Source: the human T2T-CHM13v2.0 reference genome, Homo sapiens
Reading direction: 5' to 3' (one strand)
Assembly (NCBI RefSeq): GCF_009914755.1
Contig: NC_060926.1
Length of the DNA stretch: 64,000 nucleotides
Each line of letters starts with the position of its first letter. Position 1 is the stretch's first letter. The notes under the pieces were generated by a model. It did no database searches. It saw nothing but the letters and a program-made list of their open reading frames with translations, and was not told the DNA's origin. A program made the translations under genes and the position numbers. This document shows positions 17,781-31,200 of this stretch, piece by piece.

Positions 17781-18069
17781 GACTTAGGCTTTCTTAGCAA
17801 AAAGTTGGTGCCAGGAAAAAAAAAGTGTTTATTGTTACAGAATGTGAATATAAGAGCAGGTCTTCTGGGTCTGACATAGGCTGGGCATTTCATGCAGAGC
17901 AATTTCTGCAGCAGAGAACAGTGACAATGGTCAAAATACCATCCAGAGGAAGTCATATTCTCTGCTAGTCTCTCCTGTCACCCAGCTTTGCCTGTTTAAA
18001 TGATAATTCACCATGGTGTGTGAATCCATTTTTTGTTAACCTTACAAAGAGTTCTAAAGTGATAGAGTA

Positions 18070-18240
18070 GAAAAGGGGGCACTAGACTGGGCCAAGAGTT
18101 CTGAGTTTGCATTTCAGTTCCGTCACTAACACCTTCTGACAGTGAGGAGGCCCCAGCACCTCTCTGAGCCTCAGCTTGCTCATCTGTAAAATGAGAGGGT
18201 TGAATTAGCTAAACCCCAACGCCCTTTCCAAAGCCCACAT
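18070..18240 (+). mobile_element. MIR
   Basis: Core cctctctgagcctcagcttgctcatctgtaaaatga. Confidence 0.7.
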
Positions 18241-19860
18241 TCTGTTAATCAGAGAGGACAGATATGGAGAAGCCATTAGCACTCCACAAGCCAGCAAAGG
18301 GTGATACTAACCCCAGACATCAGGGAAAACAGGAGCTATTTGGATAATGACTTTGCAGATAGGCATTGGGGCATCAAAAACCTCCCTTGCCATTCTCCAA
18401 GTTATAATTCCACCTCATTGTCACTACCACCCTAATTCCTGCAGTAATTTCATTTAATTTTATGACCTGGCTCCTCCAGCCTTCCTAGTCAGATAAGCAG
18501 GTTCAACAGCACTGAGGATGCTGCCCGGCAGTGATTTGCAAGGTTGGGAACAGTGTATAAACCAGGCTGATCAACAATGTGGGTGGAGGCATTGATTTAC
18601 CTCTGAAGATGAAAGTCAGATCTCCTTGCAAGCAAAACAAGCAGGACAGTGGAGGATGCTGGCTGGTGGGGAAGGGCCTGATAATGTGCCTACCAAAGGC
18701 ATATGAATGGCTGGTAGGTTATCATCAAGGCAAAGAGATGAACCAGTGTAATCTGCTCATGAGTAGAAAGAAGGAGCCATGAACCAATTTCTCCCTGGAA
18801 GGGTCCTGCAATGGCCAAGTACAAGAGCAGGACAGCCGGGAGCTGTGGGCAGAGTCACTTGTTATTGTCATGTGTAAAAGACGCTGGCACTGCTGTATTC
18901 AACTCCCTTGGGCAAGTCACTTCACCTGCCTGTGCCTTAGTGTCCCCAGGGGTGAAGTGGGTACAGAAATAACTATGTTCATGATTGTGAGTGTGGTATT
19001 CATGAGGAAGTCAGCAGTGACCCCGTCACAATGGCCATGGAGATGAGACTTTATCCTCTGTTCTTGGTAGCACTTTAGCCCCAGAGTTTCAGAGCCAGAT
19101 TCTAGAAGAGTGTTAAGCTGAGAGGACCTCCTGATATAAACCCTGACACTTCCTTATCCAGTGTGTTCTGCTTGTCTGTGACCTTCTTGGGCAATCATTG
19201 AGTGTGTCTTATTTTGCCTTGTTTCTCCAGTTTAGCAAACTGCCTGACCAGGGACGACCCAGGGCAAACTTGAAGGTGGCATGGAGGCACCCATGAAATC
19301 TGGGAAATCACAGAAAAACTGCTTCCAAACAGGCCTGAGAGTTCAAAGAAGAAGCCTAGAGGGAAAAGGCCCCTTTTCTCTTATCTCCTCCTAACTAGCC
19401 CTGATGAGATGACGTGCCAGCCTGGAGCTGAGTTACCACTGAGTCAAGGTCAAACACACAGAAGGCTAACTCCATCTCACCAGAGGGCTGTGAAATGGAG
19501 GACAGAGGAAAGAGGAACTGCCTTCCTCCTTCCTCACAAGTGTAGCCGAGCCCTGGCCAGACTGGTGTGACTAGAGTCCAGTGCAGACTGGTTACTACAT
19601 GGGGTATGGCTGGAGGGACCCTGGCTCCCTAAAGGCCCAAAACTCCACCAGGAATGGAGCTGTGGGTCCAGCAAGCAGTCACCAGCCCCTTGCATGCTGG
19701 ACACTGTTCTGAGCACATTGCACACATTCACTCCTGTAAGCCCCACGACAGCTGGGAGGAGGTGGGAACCCAGTTATAGATGAGGATGGAGCCTTAGAGG
19801 TGAGAAACCTGCTGGGGAGCACCCAGCTAGCAAGCAGAGCGGAGGGACTTGACCTTGAAG

Positions 19861-20076
19861 CAGGGCTTCTCCACTGTGGCACTACTGACATTTGGGGCCA
19901 GATTGTCCTTCATTATGGGGCTGTCCTGTGCATTGTAGGATATTTGGCAGCATCCCTGGCCTCCACCCACTGGACATCAGTAACACCCCTCTCCCAGCTG
20001 TGACAACCAAAAGCATCTCCAGATATTGTCAAGGGTCCCCTGGAGAGGGTCAAATCAGCCCAGTGGAGAACTACTG
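19861..20076 (-). mobile_element. MER20 (hAT-Charlie MITE)
   Basis: cagggcttctc...gcagcatccctggcctc...tgtgacaaccaaaa...gagaactactg is the reverse complement of the recalled MER20 consensus. Confidence 0.85.
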
Positions 20077-20527
20077 TATCAGAGGGCAGCAGACACGGGC
20101 CAGGCAACGGCGATTTCCACATACAAATTAATTGCTTGCTGAGATGGAAACTAGAATTCGGGATGGGGCCACAGGGAGGGGCACTGAGCTCAATCTCATG
20201 GGTCATGGGGAGTAAATAGGTCTGAGGATCAGGAGTCAGCTGGGGAAGGACAGGGGGAGGGTGTCCCAAGCAGAGGGTCAAGGATGGGAGCGGTAGCTGG
20301 CAGCATGTCGGAACCAGCTGAGAGATTCTCATATACACAGTTGTCTAGAGGGTCCTGTAAACATACCCACTGGGTCAGAAGCTCCAGGGTAAGGTCCTAG
20401 GATCACCATCTTAACAGGTGCCCCACATAATTTGTGTGCAGCCAACCAGTGCTGAGGTCTGGGAATTATAGGACTTCAGTGTGGAGGATGCTTAAAGTGT
20501 GAGCAGAGGCTCCTGGAAGCCTCTGAG

Positions 20528-21135
20528 TGACACAGGATTTTCTTCTCAGTCATTTTGCAAGCCAGGGACCTCCAGCCAGTGACACCCTGCCTGGTCCTTG
20601 CCTGACCACATTACCTGCTGCAGGAGACTGCCCACCCACTCAGCCCACCTGAGCCACGTCTGGCTTATGCATGGGTTCATGAGTTCTTGTCCCACTCCCA
20701 AGAGGAATGAGGATACACTGACAATCACAGAGTGACCAAGGTGAGGAGTTACACTGAGTGATGAAACAGCTTTCAGTGGAGAGGGGTCACGGGGGTGGTC
20801 CCCTACCCAAAGGGGCAAAGTCGCCCTAATATGGCTGAGCCCAGGGCTTTTTATGGGCTCAGAATGGGGGAGGTGCAGGCCATAGGTAGTATTGGAAAAG
20901 GCAGCATTCGATTGGTTAAAAGGCATTATTCAGAAAGAGTCAATTAGGAAAGGGTGCGCAATTAGGAAAGGAAAGAGTGAGTTAGGAAAGAAAAGAGTGA
21001 ACTCTGGGTTGCAGGTTTCATCTGGAATCAGCAGTTCGGACTTTCAGCCTTCAAACTGTTTTTGGCTTGAAAATGGGATTTCACCAGGGACCCACTCCTA
21101 CAGCCTAGGCATTTGGCTGCCTCCTGTCGCTATCA
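20528..21135 (-). mobile_element. ERV1 solo LTR (LTR27/LTR1/MER52 group)
   Basis: Minus strand begins TGATAGCGACAGGAGGCAGCC and ends ...TGTGTCA (TG...CA termini), with CCAAT and CATAAAAA promoter-like motifs. TSD not clear. Confidence 0.7.
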
Positions 21136-22586
21136 CAAGGACTCCCTAGGTAGACTCTGGGCAGTGAGAGGCACTAGGTGTGTGGTTACCCCTGTGGAAC
21201 AGGCTGCACCTTATGTGAAATATAGTCATGCCTGAGCTTCCTCACCTAACCAGATGCTATCACAGCCTTTACATCAGTGGATGGTAAAAAAGCATAGGTT
21301 TTGGAGTCACACGGAATTGAGTGTGAATCCACTATTGACAGACCATCACCGTTAGCCCCTTGAAGATGTTTCTTTTTATCTGTAATATGAGTACAAAACA
21401 TCTACCTCCTAGGCATTTTAAGGCTGGAATTGTGTATTTGAAGCATTGTAATATGGTTGACATCAAAGGTTGCTGAACGAATCCAGAGCTAAGTAGCTGC
21501 TCAACAGACAGACCTCCCAAGTAAATGATGCTGCTGAGATGCATGTGGAGATTACTAGAGAGTCACCCAGAGTGCTCATTAAAACACAGAGATCGGTATT
21601 AGAACTGGGCCCCACCGCATGGAGTTTTTCCTCCCAAATAACTCCTAGCAGCCATGATTTCTAAATCTCTCCCTGGATCTGTTCGTGACTGGGGGCAAGG
21701 TAACAAATGATCCCCAAGCCATACCTCTGCCTTGACAGCCAGAGCCAGGTACCCAGCCAAGGCCCAGAACTCATTTCCAGGCAGGCTGGCCTGGCTTTTT
21801 CACAGCCTGAGAGCCTTTCTCTGAACCACAGCAACTGTACCACCACATGCCACTCACTTCTCAGGCAGGGCGCTGTAATTCAATCACTCCCAATGGTTTC
21901 CTGAGTATGAGTCTTTTTTCCACCAACACTATTGAAAGCTGGGGCCAATGTCTGTAAGTGGACATTATCACTTACTCTCCTCACTTCTTGGGGACTGCAT
22001 TTTAATCAGGAGCTATGCAATCCTTCCACACTGGGCCCTATGTCCTACAGTCACCAATCAGTGCCCCTGTATGGGCTGTTTTCTCCGCAATGAATCCCAA
22101 ATCTGCTGGTTGTACTCAAAACCCACATTTTAAACATGCATTTTCTTCCTGGCCTTAAAAAAAAATTCAGCACCTTCCTCTACAAACAAAATCACAGCTA
22201 TCACGTATAATACATGTTATTTTTTTAGCTGAGCCTGCAATTTGTAAATAAGCCCATTGAAAATATGAAGAAAAATGCAGTATTTGAAGCAGCTTGGAAA
22301 ATGATACTGCCAGGGTTGCTCTCTAATTTAAACCCATTTGGGTGACTAAGCAGCATAATTGAGGAGGTGGTCCGTTGCTTTTTCCAAACCCAGCAAATTC
22401 CTCTCCCCACAGTCATGATGGCAGAGGTTTTTCTCAACATGGAGAAATGACAGTAGAAGGAATTGATCCCTGGGCATAAAGGGTATGGGGGTCAGGGAAG
22501 AAGCAGCAACACTAACACTCTCCAAGGGACACGCTGCGCCAGACACTGCATGAAGACCTTGAATACACATTAGGTGGTGCTCACAG

Positions 22587-22788
22587 CAATAGCTCTCAAC
22601 CTCCGTGATTATGCCTCCTGGGGCAAGGGCAACGCCTGCAGACATTTTTAGTTGTCACAATAAGGGAAGGAGAGGTGCCACTGGCATCTTGTGGGTAGAG
22701 AACAGGAATGCTGCTACATATCCTAGCCCCTCACAAGAAAGAATTATCCAGTCCAAAATGTCAATGGTGTCAAGATTGAGCAACCCTG
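22587..22788 (+). mobile_element. MER20 (hAT-Charlie MITE)
   Basis: ctctcaacc...gacatttttagttgtcacaa...agaattatccagtccaaaatgtcaat...accctg. Confidence 0.8.
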
Positions 22789-22802
22789 GCTTTCAGTATA
22801 GT

Positions 22803-23392
22803 TGTTGATGAAAAGAGTCAAACTCTGTAAAATACCTGAAGAGATTTATTCTGAGCCAAATATGAGTGACTATGGCCCATGACACAGCCCTCAGGAGATC
22901 TGAAAACATGCCCAAGGTGGTCAGGGTGCAGCCTGGTTTTATACATTTTAGGGAGACATGAAACTTCAATCAAGTACATTTCAGAAATACACTGGTTCCG
23001 TCCAGAAAAGTGGGAAAAATTCAAAGTGGCAGCAGGAGAGGTAAGGAGGTGGGGGGCTTCCAGTTTATAGGTAGATATTTAAAAATTTTGGTTGACAATT
23101 GGTTATCTAAAGACCTGGAATCCATAGAAAGGAAATGTCTAGGTTAAGATAAGGAATTGTGGGGACCAAAGTTCTTATTATCCAGATAGAAAGAGGATAG
23201 ATTGTAAATGTTTCTTAACAGACTTTTGGTCTGTGTTGATGTTAGTGCCAGAGGAGTAAAATGAAGCATGTCTGACCCCCACTTCCCATCATGGCCTGAG
23301 CCAGTATCCCGGGTTACATTTTAACAGGGCCCTGGCCAAGGAGAAAGCCCATTCTGATGGCAGGGCATTGAGAATTTTATTTGTGGTTTACA
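22803..23392 (-). mobile_element. MER4-family ERV1 solo LTR
   Basis: TG...CA termini, perfect 4-bp TSD TAGT (22799-22802 / 23393-23396) and MER4-type gagatttattctgagccaaatatgagtga. A MIR follows on the right. Confidence 0.88.
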
Positions 23393-25204
23393 TAGTTATC
23401 ACCATCCTTATTTTCCAGATGAGGAAACCGAGACTCAGAGAGATGAAATCACTTCCGAAAGGTCAGTAAGTGAAGGAAGCAGGGTTCAAGTTGAAGTCTA
23501 GCTGACCTCACAGCTCCATAGTCAACTTTTAAAAGTCATCATTTTCCCTGTATCCAACATAAAGATGGTTGTGTGGCCTGTTTTTAGCACAATCTGAAGC
23601 TATGTAGTCAATCACACACACAAATGAAAGCAGAGATAAACAATATCCACATACGCATACAATATTTAAAGTTAAGAATCACTGATTTCACAGCTCTTTT
23701 CTTTTCACAGGAAAGTTAAGAAGCATTTCACAGTTATTAAATTGCCATGTAGCATTAGTAAAATCACTGAACGTCTCTAAACCTGTTTTCTCATTTAAAT
23801 AATTCATACTGCAGTTATATTTATTGAGAATGACCTAATGTAGTCATCCTTATCTGAAATCTTTTTAGCTAATTAATTGATGTGATGATTTATTAGTCCA
23901 ATCTAAAGTTCAATTTGCATGTCAGGAGGGGACCATGTGCATTTCAGGCACCATAACAAATGGCAAGAGACATTGTTGGGTGGCAGGTATCCACCTGCTT
24001 GTCCTAGAACTGCTGCATTGACCTTGGTATCAAGTGGAACCAGCCTGAGGACCAACTTGATGGACTGAGGAAGGCAGAACCCACCAAGACTCCCAGTTCA
24101 TTACAAACTTTATACCTACACCATGATCTTTAGTGAGGTCACTGCTGCCTTGGGAGGTCTCTGCACCCTCTCTGGGATAACACAATATCACAGGCTGTTT
24201 TGCTTTGTGGATTCTTCTCCTTCTGATATGGAGACCACTATTACGAGGCCAGAGAGTTTGGGCTTTGGCCACAGAGGGCTCTTGAGGGCTTGCAATTGGT
24301 GGGCTAACATCATCACTTGTTTTATAATAAAATGATTTGAAACATGTTTAATGTAAATAGGTTTGCAGACAATATTTGCAAACAAGATTGTTTATGTAGA
24401 AAATCCTGGTGAAACCACAAAATAAAAACTATAATGAATTTACATATTGAATAAACTAATTTAGCAAGGCTACAAGATAAATGGTCTCACACAAAAATAA
24501 TTTGATTTTCTGTAGTTAGCAACAATTAGAAAAGAACATTTAAAACAACTATACTAACAATAGCATTAAAGAGTATTTAGATACCTAGGAATAAAGTTAA
24601 CGAAAGATGTTTAAGTCCTCTTCACTGAAAAACTACAAAACAGTCCTGAGAGATATTAAAGATTAAGTAAATGGAGAGAAATGCTATGTTCGTGGGTTGA
24701 AGGATTCAAAATATATAGTTTAATTCCCATTCAAATTTTGAAATCCCATCATTTTGAAATATGCCTGGAGCATTCTCTTCTCCCCTAACAAAGGCCCTCG
24801 CACAGAGGAAACCACTTTACCAGAGTCTTATCTGACACATGGGAAGGGCAATTAGACAACTCCAAGCCTCCACCAACCACCCTTTCTCACATAAATAGAA
24901 TACAAAAAGGTAAGACACATTTCTGAAGGTCACAGCCCAAGGACTCAGGCCCACTAAAAATTACTGAGATTTAATGATAAAGATACTGAGATTTAATGAT
25001 ATATAATGCTTTCCCTCCCCATATCTTACGACCTCACCAACAAGGCTCCAGTGTAATTGCAATGAATTACAACCAAAAAACCTACAAGACACAAACTCTT
25101 TAAAGAGTTCTTAGGGAAACACAAAGACAAGAGAAGAGAAAGAATTAACAAGAAAACTGAAACCCTCTGACATCTATAACTGCAACAAACCATGTAGACT
25201 GAGT

Positions 25205-26446
25205 GAATCTGTGTATTAACTCACTATGCATTGGACATTTCTGTGACCAAGTGTGTGGGGGTTTATCACACACCAGGCAATTCTCCAATTCTCTGCAGAC
25301 ACTACCGGGGTGTCCCACAAGTAGTAGGTCCTCTGGTCACCACCACCATGGTGTCCCACAAGTAGTAGGTCCTTTGGTCACTCACGACTTCTGTCCAACT
25401 TGGCTACAAATCAGAGGTTCTCAGGACCCTTTTCTTAGGTTCAACCATTGGCTAGAATGGCTCACAGAACTCTGGGAAACACTTCACTAACGTTTAACAG
25501 CCAAATGGAAGAAATGCATAGGGCAAGATACGGTGGAAGGGGCATGGAACTTCTATGAGTTCTGCAGGTATGCCACCCTCCCAGTACCTCCACACATTCA
25601 GCAAACCAGAGACCTTCAAACCCCATTCTTTTGAGTTTTTATGTAGGCATGATTGACTAGAATAGCAGTCCCCAACCTTTTTGGCACAAGGGACTAGTTT
25701 CATGAAGATAATTTTTCCACAGACTGGGTGGGGGATGAGGCGGGGATGGTTTTGGGATGACTCAAGCATATTACATTTCTTGTCCACTTTATTTCTATTA
25801 TTATTACATTGTAATATATAATGAAATAATTATATAACCCATCATAATGTAGAATCAGTGGGAGCTCAGCAACTAGATGATCCCATCTGGGAGTGATGGG
25901 AGACAGTGACAGATAATCAGGCATTAGATTCTCATAAGAAGTGTGCAACCTAGATCCCTCACATGCACAATTCACAATAGGGTTCATGCTCCTATGAGAA
26001 CCTAATGCTGACATTGACCTGACAGGAGGCAGAGCTTAGGCGGTAATGCAAGCAATGGAGAGCAGCTATAAATACAGATGAAGCTTGCTCACCTACTACT
26101 CACCTCCTGCTGTGCAGCCCAGTTCCTAACAGGCCACAGACTAGTATTGGTCCATGGCTCATGGGTTGGAGACCCCTGGTCTCGATCATTGACCATTGGC
26201 AATCAACTCAACCTTCAGCCCCTCTCCTCTTCCTGGAAGGTGGAACTAAAGTTGCGACACTGTAATACATAGTTGGCAACCATCCCAAAGCTATCTGAGA
26301 CACCCCCACCCCCCTCTAGCTACCAGTAATTTAATTAGCATACAAAAGACACTTATTACTTCAGGGTTTCCAAGAGCTTAAGAGCTGTGTGCCAGAAAAT
26401 GGGAATGAATATCAAATATATCTTTTAATTATATCACAATATTACA
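25205..26446. mobile_element. MER21-family LTR split by MER1
   Basis: ggctagaatggctcacagaactc, aacagccaaatggaagaaatgcatagggcaag and the end tatatcacaatattaca match MER21. Confidence 0.75.
25663..26178. mobile_element. MER1A (hAT-Charlie) DNA transposon
   Basis: Terminal inverted repeats agcagtccccaacc ... gggttggagacccctg, ~515 bp, with internal ttagattctcataag...aacctagatccctc. Confidence 0.85.
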
Positions 26447-26500
26447 AAGGTAGAACAAAGTCTTTTTCTTCTCATTTTTGATTAATCTAATAGTTCAAAT

Positions 26501-27018
26501 TGTTACTGAGCCAAAGGACTTGCTGCCCTATGCACTAGAAACCAATACTATGACATGGTGTTTTTGAGAATACAAAGCTTTTTATAAAGTCAACCAACAA
26601 AGAGATAGGAGTCCAGCTCAAATCTGTCTCCCTGTGCTTTAAGGCAATCATATTACTAGAAAATGTTTAGTGCATGGATTCCGGGATTAGTAGGGAATTG
26701 GTGGAAGGAAAGAGGTCTGAAAAGTCCTTGAGCATGTGCAGTTATCTCTCTGTGCTACCTTATGAATCACATGTGCACATTCAAGGGGAGTTAGTATAAA
26801 ACATTCTGTGGAAATTTGGGCTGTGACATTAGCATGCTCCTTCTGGCAGACTCCAGTTAGCCACATTTGTGCCAAACAATTTCAGCCACTTTTGATATCT
26901 GACAGGCTGAGGGAGTTTCCATGTTTTAGCAAGTTGTTTCTTTTCTTATCTGCCATCCTGTAAACTCAAGAATTTCTGTTAGTCACTGATTTCTTTAACT
27001 CTTTGGGGCGCAGTTTCA
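26501..27018 (-). mobile_element. Solo LTR (LTR47-like; family uncertain)
   Basis: TGTTA...TTTCA termini; the minus strand starts TGAAACTGCGCCCCAAAGAGTTAAAGAAA. It interrupts L1 sequence. Confidence 0.65.
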
Positions 27019-27727
27019 AAAGTAGTAATAGCAACAGGGTATTGGGTAATTATAGCTTAAGAATGAGTGAAATGAACAACAAAAATGTTATATGAAAAAA
27101 AGGGAGAAATTGAGAACGCTTCCATTATAAGGTAACTGCACTACTCATGAAGAAGTACATGGTTATTTGAAAGTAAGCTTAAATTGGTTGTAAATTGCAA
27201 ACATTAGCTCAACAACTTGAAACAATATTAAAGACGTATAATTTATATGCTAAGAGAAGAGATGAATAGAATTATATGAAATCCTCAATTAAAACCAGAG
27301 AAGACAGAAAAAGAGTGAAAAACAAACAAAAAGAACAAGGGCAATGAAAACACTTACAAACATGGTAGATATTAATCTAACTATATCAATTATCACTTTA
27401 AATATGAATATCTCAAATACACAAAACAAGAAACTGTCACAGAGAATTTTTAAAAGACCCAATTACATGTTGTCTACAAGAAACCTATTTTAAATATAAA
27501 GACACATATACATTAAAAGCAATGAAATAGAAAAAGATATACCAAGATAACACTAATCAAAGGAAAGCTGGAATAGCCACATTAATTTTAGACAAGGCAA
27601 ACTTCAGGGAAATTATCAGGAATAAAGAAGGGCGTTACATAGTGTTTAAGGGGTCACTTCTTTAAGAATATATAACAATTTTTAACACATATGTGTCTAA
27701 CGACAAAGCATTAAAATATGTGAGGCA

Positions 27728-28046
<319 letters not shown>

Positions 28047-28200
28047 TATGGCAAAGCTTGATAGAATTGCAAAGAGAAATGAATAAGTCCACTGCTATAT
28101 TTGGAGACTTCAACATTCCTTCATCATTGACAGATCCAGCAGGCAGAAAATTGGTAAGGATATAGTTTAACTGAACCATGCTATAGATCTTCTGGTTCTA

Positions 28201-28281
28201 TTAGGTTGGTGCAAAAATTACAAGTTTTTTTTTCCATTTAAAAGCAATGACAAAGCCGCAATTACTTTTGCACAAACTTAA
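28201..28281. mobile_element. MADE1 (Hsmar1-derived 80-bp MITE)
   Basis: TA|ttaggttggtgcaaaa...ttttgcacaaacttaa|TA; imperfect palindrome with TA duplication. Confidence 0.88.
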
Positions 28282-31200
28282 TACTTGCCATATATAAAGT
28301 ATTTCATTCAACTACAAAAGGAAATATATTCTTTTGAAGTTCAAATTGAGCACTTAATATTGAAGATCACTTTTGGGGCCATAAATACCCTCTTACCAAC
28401 TTTAGAAAATAGAAATCACACAATCTCTGCTCTCGGATCTCAGTGGAATTAAACTAGAAATCAATAACAGAAATATATATGGGAAATCCCAAAATAATTG
28501 AAGATGAAGCATATGCCTGAATAACACATAGGTCAAAGAAGAGGTTTCAAGATAAATTTAATATACTTTGAACAAAATCAAAGTGAAAATACTAATTATC
28601 AAAATTTATGGAATGTAGCAAAAGTAGTGCTTAGAAGGAAATTTATAGCATTAAAATGCATACATTAGAAAATAAGATTGATACAAAATTAATAATATAA
28701 GCTCACATCATAGAAAACTGGAAGAAAAAAAAAACTATAAACCTAAAACCAAGAAGAAAAACATTTAAGATAAGGCAGAAATCAGTGAAACTGATAAAAG
28801 AATAACAGTAGTGAAAATCAATGAAATCAAAACATGATTCTTTAAAAATATCAATAAAATTGATTAATAAATTGGTCAATTTGATAAGCCTTTACTCAGG
28901 CTAACCAAAAGAGAAAGAGAGAAGTTGCAAATTAATAATATCAGAAATAAAAGGATTATCACTACTAATTTTATGAATATTAAAAGGAAAAGAAGAGAAT
29001 ATTATAAACAACTTTATGTTCATAAATGTGATAACTTAGAAGAAATGGAAAACCACAAAACTCTAAGGAAAGAAATCTAATAAGGACTAAATAAATAGAG
29101 ACATATTCCATGTTCATGGGTAGGAAGACTCAATATTGCTAAGATGTCAAATCTGATAACTTAGATTAAATGGAACAATAAAATATGGAGATGCTGTCTT
29201 TCAAGAAAAAAATAACAAATCTGAATTGGCCTATATCAAAGAAATTAAATCAATAATTAATGACTTTCCAAAACACAAAGCACTGAACCTAGATGGTTTT
29301 ACTGTTGAGTTCCTCCAAACATTTGAAGAAGATGTAATATCAATTCTCTACAGTCTCATCCCAAAGAATAGTAGCAAAGGAAGCACTTCTTACCTTATTC
29401 TATAAGGTGAGTATTACTTTACTATCAAAATCAGATGAAGACATTACAAGAAAGGAAAAATACAGGCCAACATATTTTATGAACATAGATGCAAAAATCC
29501 TCAACAAAGTATTGCTAAATCAAATTTACAATATGTAAACAAAACTATACACCATAACCAATTGGAATTTATTATGGATATGCAAGGCTGATTCAACCAT
29601 TTGAAAACTCAATTAATACAATTCAACACATCAACAGGCTAGGAAGAAAAACCATATGATCATATCAAAACATGCAGAAAAAGCATTTGACAAAATCTGG
29701 CACCAATTCATGTTAAAAACTTTCAGTAAACTAACAGCAGAGAGAAACTTCCTGAACCAGATGATAAATATCTATTTTTTTAAAAACCCCCTACAGCTAA
29801 CATCATATTCAATGGTAGGAAAATAGATGATTTACCCTTAAGATTAGTAACAAGGCAAAGATGTCTCCTCTTTCTACTCCTACTCAACATCATACTTGAA
29901 GTTCTTTTAATGCAATAAAACAAGAAAAGGGAAAGAAAGGTATACAGATTGAAAAGTAAACAAATAAAATTGTCTTTGCAGATTACATGATTATGTAGAA
30001 AATCTCAAAGAATGGAGAAAAAACTTTCTGGAACTGGGAAGTGAATATTGCATGTTTGCAAGATTCATTGTTAATATACAATAATCAAGTGCTTTCCTAT
30101 ATATCAGCAAGAAACTATTGGAATTTGAAGTTAGAAACACAATACCATTTATAATAACAACAAAAGATGAATACTTAGATATAAATATAATAAAATATGC
30201 ACTAGATCAATATGAAGAAACCCACAAAACTGATTAAAGAAATCAAATAAGAACTAAATAAATGAAGAGCTATTCCATGTTTATGGAAAGGAAGACTCAA
30301 TATTGCTAAGATGTCCATTCTTCCCAACTTGAACTATAGATGCAATGTAATCCCCCCAAAAATCCCAAGATGCTATTTTGTGGATGTCAACAAACTCTTT
30401 TTAAAGTTTATATCAAAACTCACAAAAGAAACAGAATAGCAAACACAATACTAAATATAACAAAGTTGGACAACTGACACTACCTTAACTTCAATAATTA
30501 CCTTCAACATTACTTCAATAGCTACAGTAACCAGGACAGTGTCATACTGGCAAAAAAAAAAATGGACAAATAGAACAGAATAGAAAACAGATCAATAGAA
30601 CAGAATAAAGAGCCCAGAAATAGACACAAATATAGTCAACTGATCTAGACAAAGGAAGAAAGGCAATACAATGGAGAAAAATATCACCTTTTCAAAAAAT
30701 TTCACTAAAACAGCTGGACTGTCATATTAAAAAAAGAATGAACCTAGATACAAACCGTATGTCTTTCACAAAAATTTACTCAAAGTAGATCATACACTTA
30801 ATGTAAAATGCAAAGCTATAAAATATCTAGAAGATAACATAGAATAAATTCTCAATGACCTTGGGTTTAGGAATGAGTTTTTAGACACAACATCAACATC
30901 ACCATCCGTGAATAAAAATTACTCGTAAGTTGCACTTCACTAAAATTAAAAAATTCTGCTCTGGAAAAGACATCGTTAAGAGACTGAAAAGACAACAGTA
31001 GGGAAAAAATCTTAGCGAAACACATATCAAATGAAGGACTTGTATCCAAAATATACAAAGAGCTCTTAAACTCAATGATAAGAATACAAACAACCCAATT
31101 AAAAATAAGTAGATAATCTGTACAGGTACCTAGATGTCAAATAAGTATATCAAGAGTTGTTCAACATTATATGTGTTAAGGTATTGCAAACTACAGTAAC

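Noticed and set aside
25309-25385. Short direct repeats (also 24962-25001, 20941-21000, 42263-42313) considered as a CRISPR-like or structured array
   Set aside because: Only two copies each, inside TEs, with no regular spacers. These are ordinary slippage duplications in eukaryotic DNA.
28201-28281. Hairpin-forming palindrome as a possible miR-548-family gene
   Set aside because: It is a degraded MADE1 with several arm mismatches, and the sequence alone gives no expression evidence.
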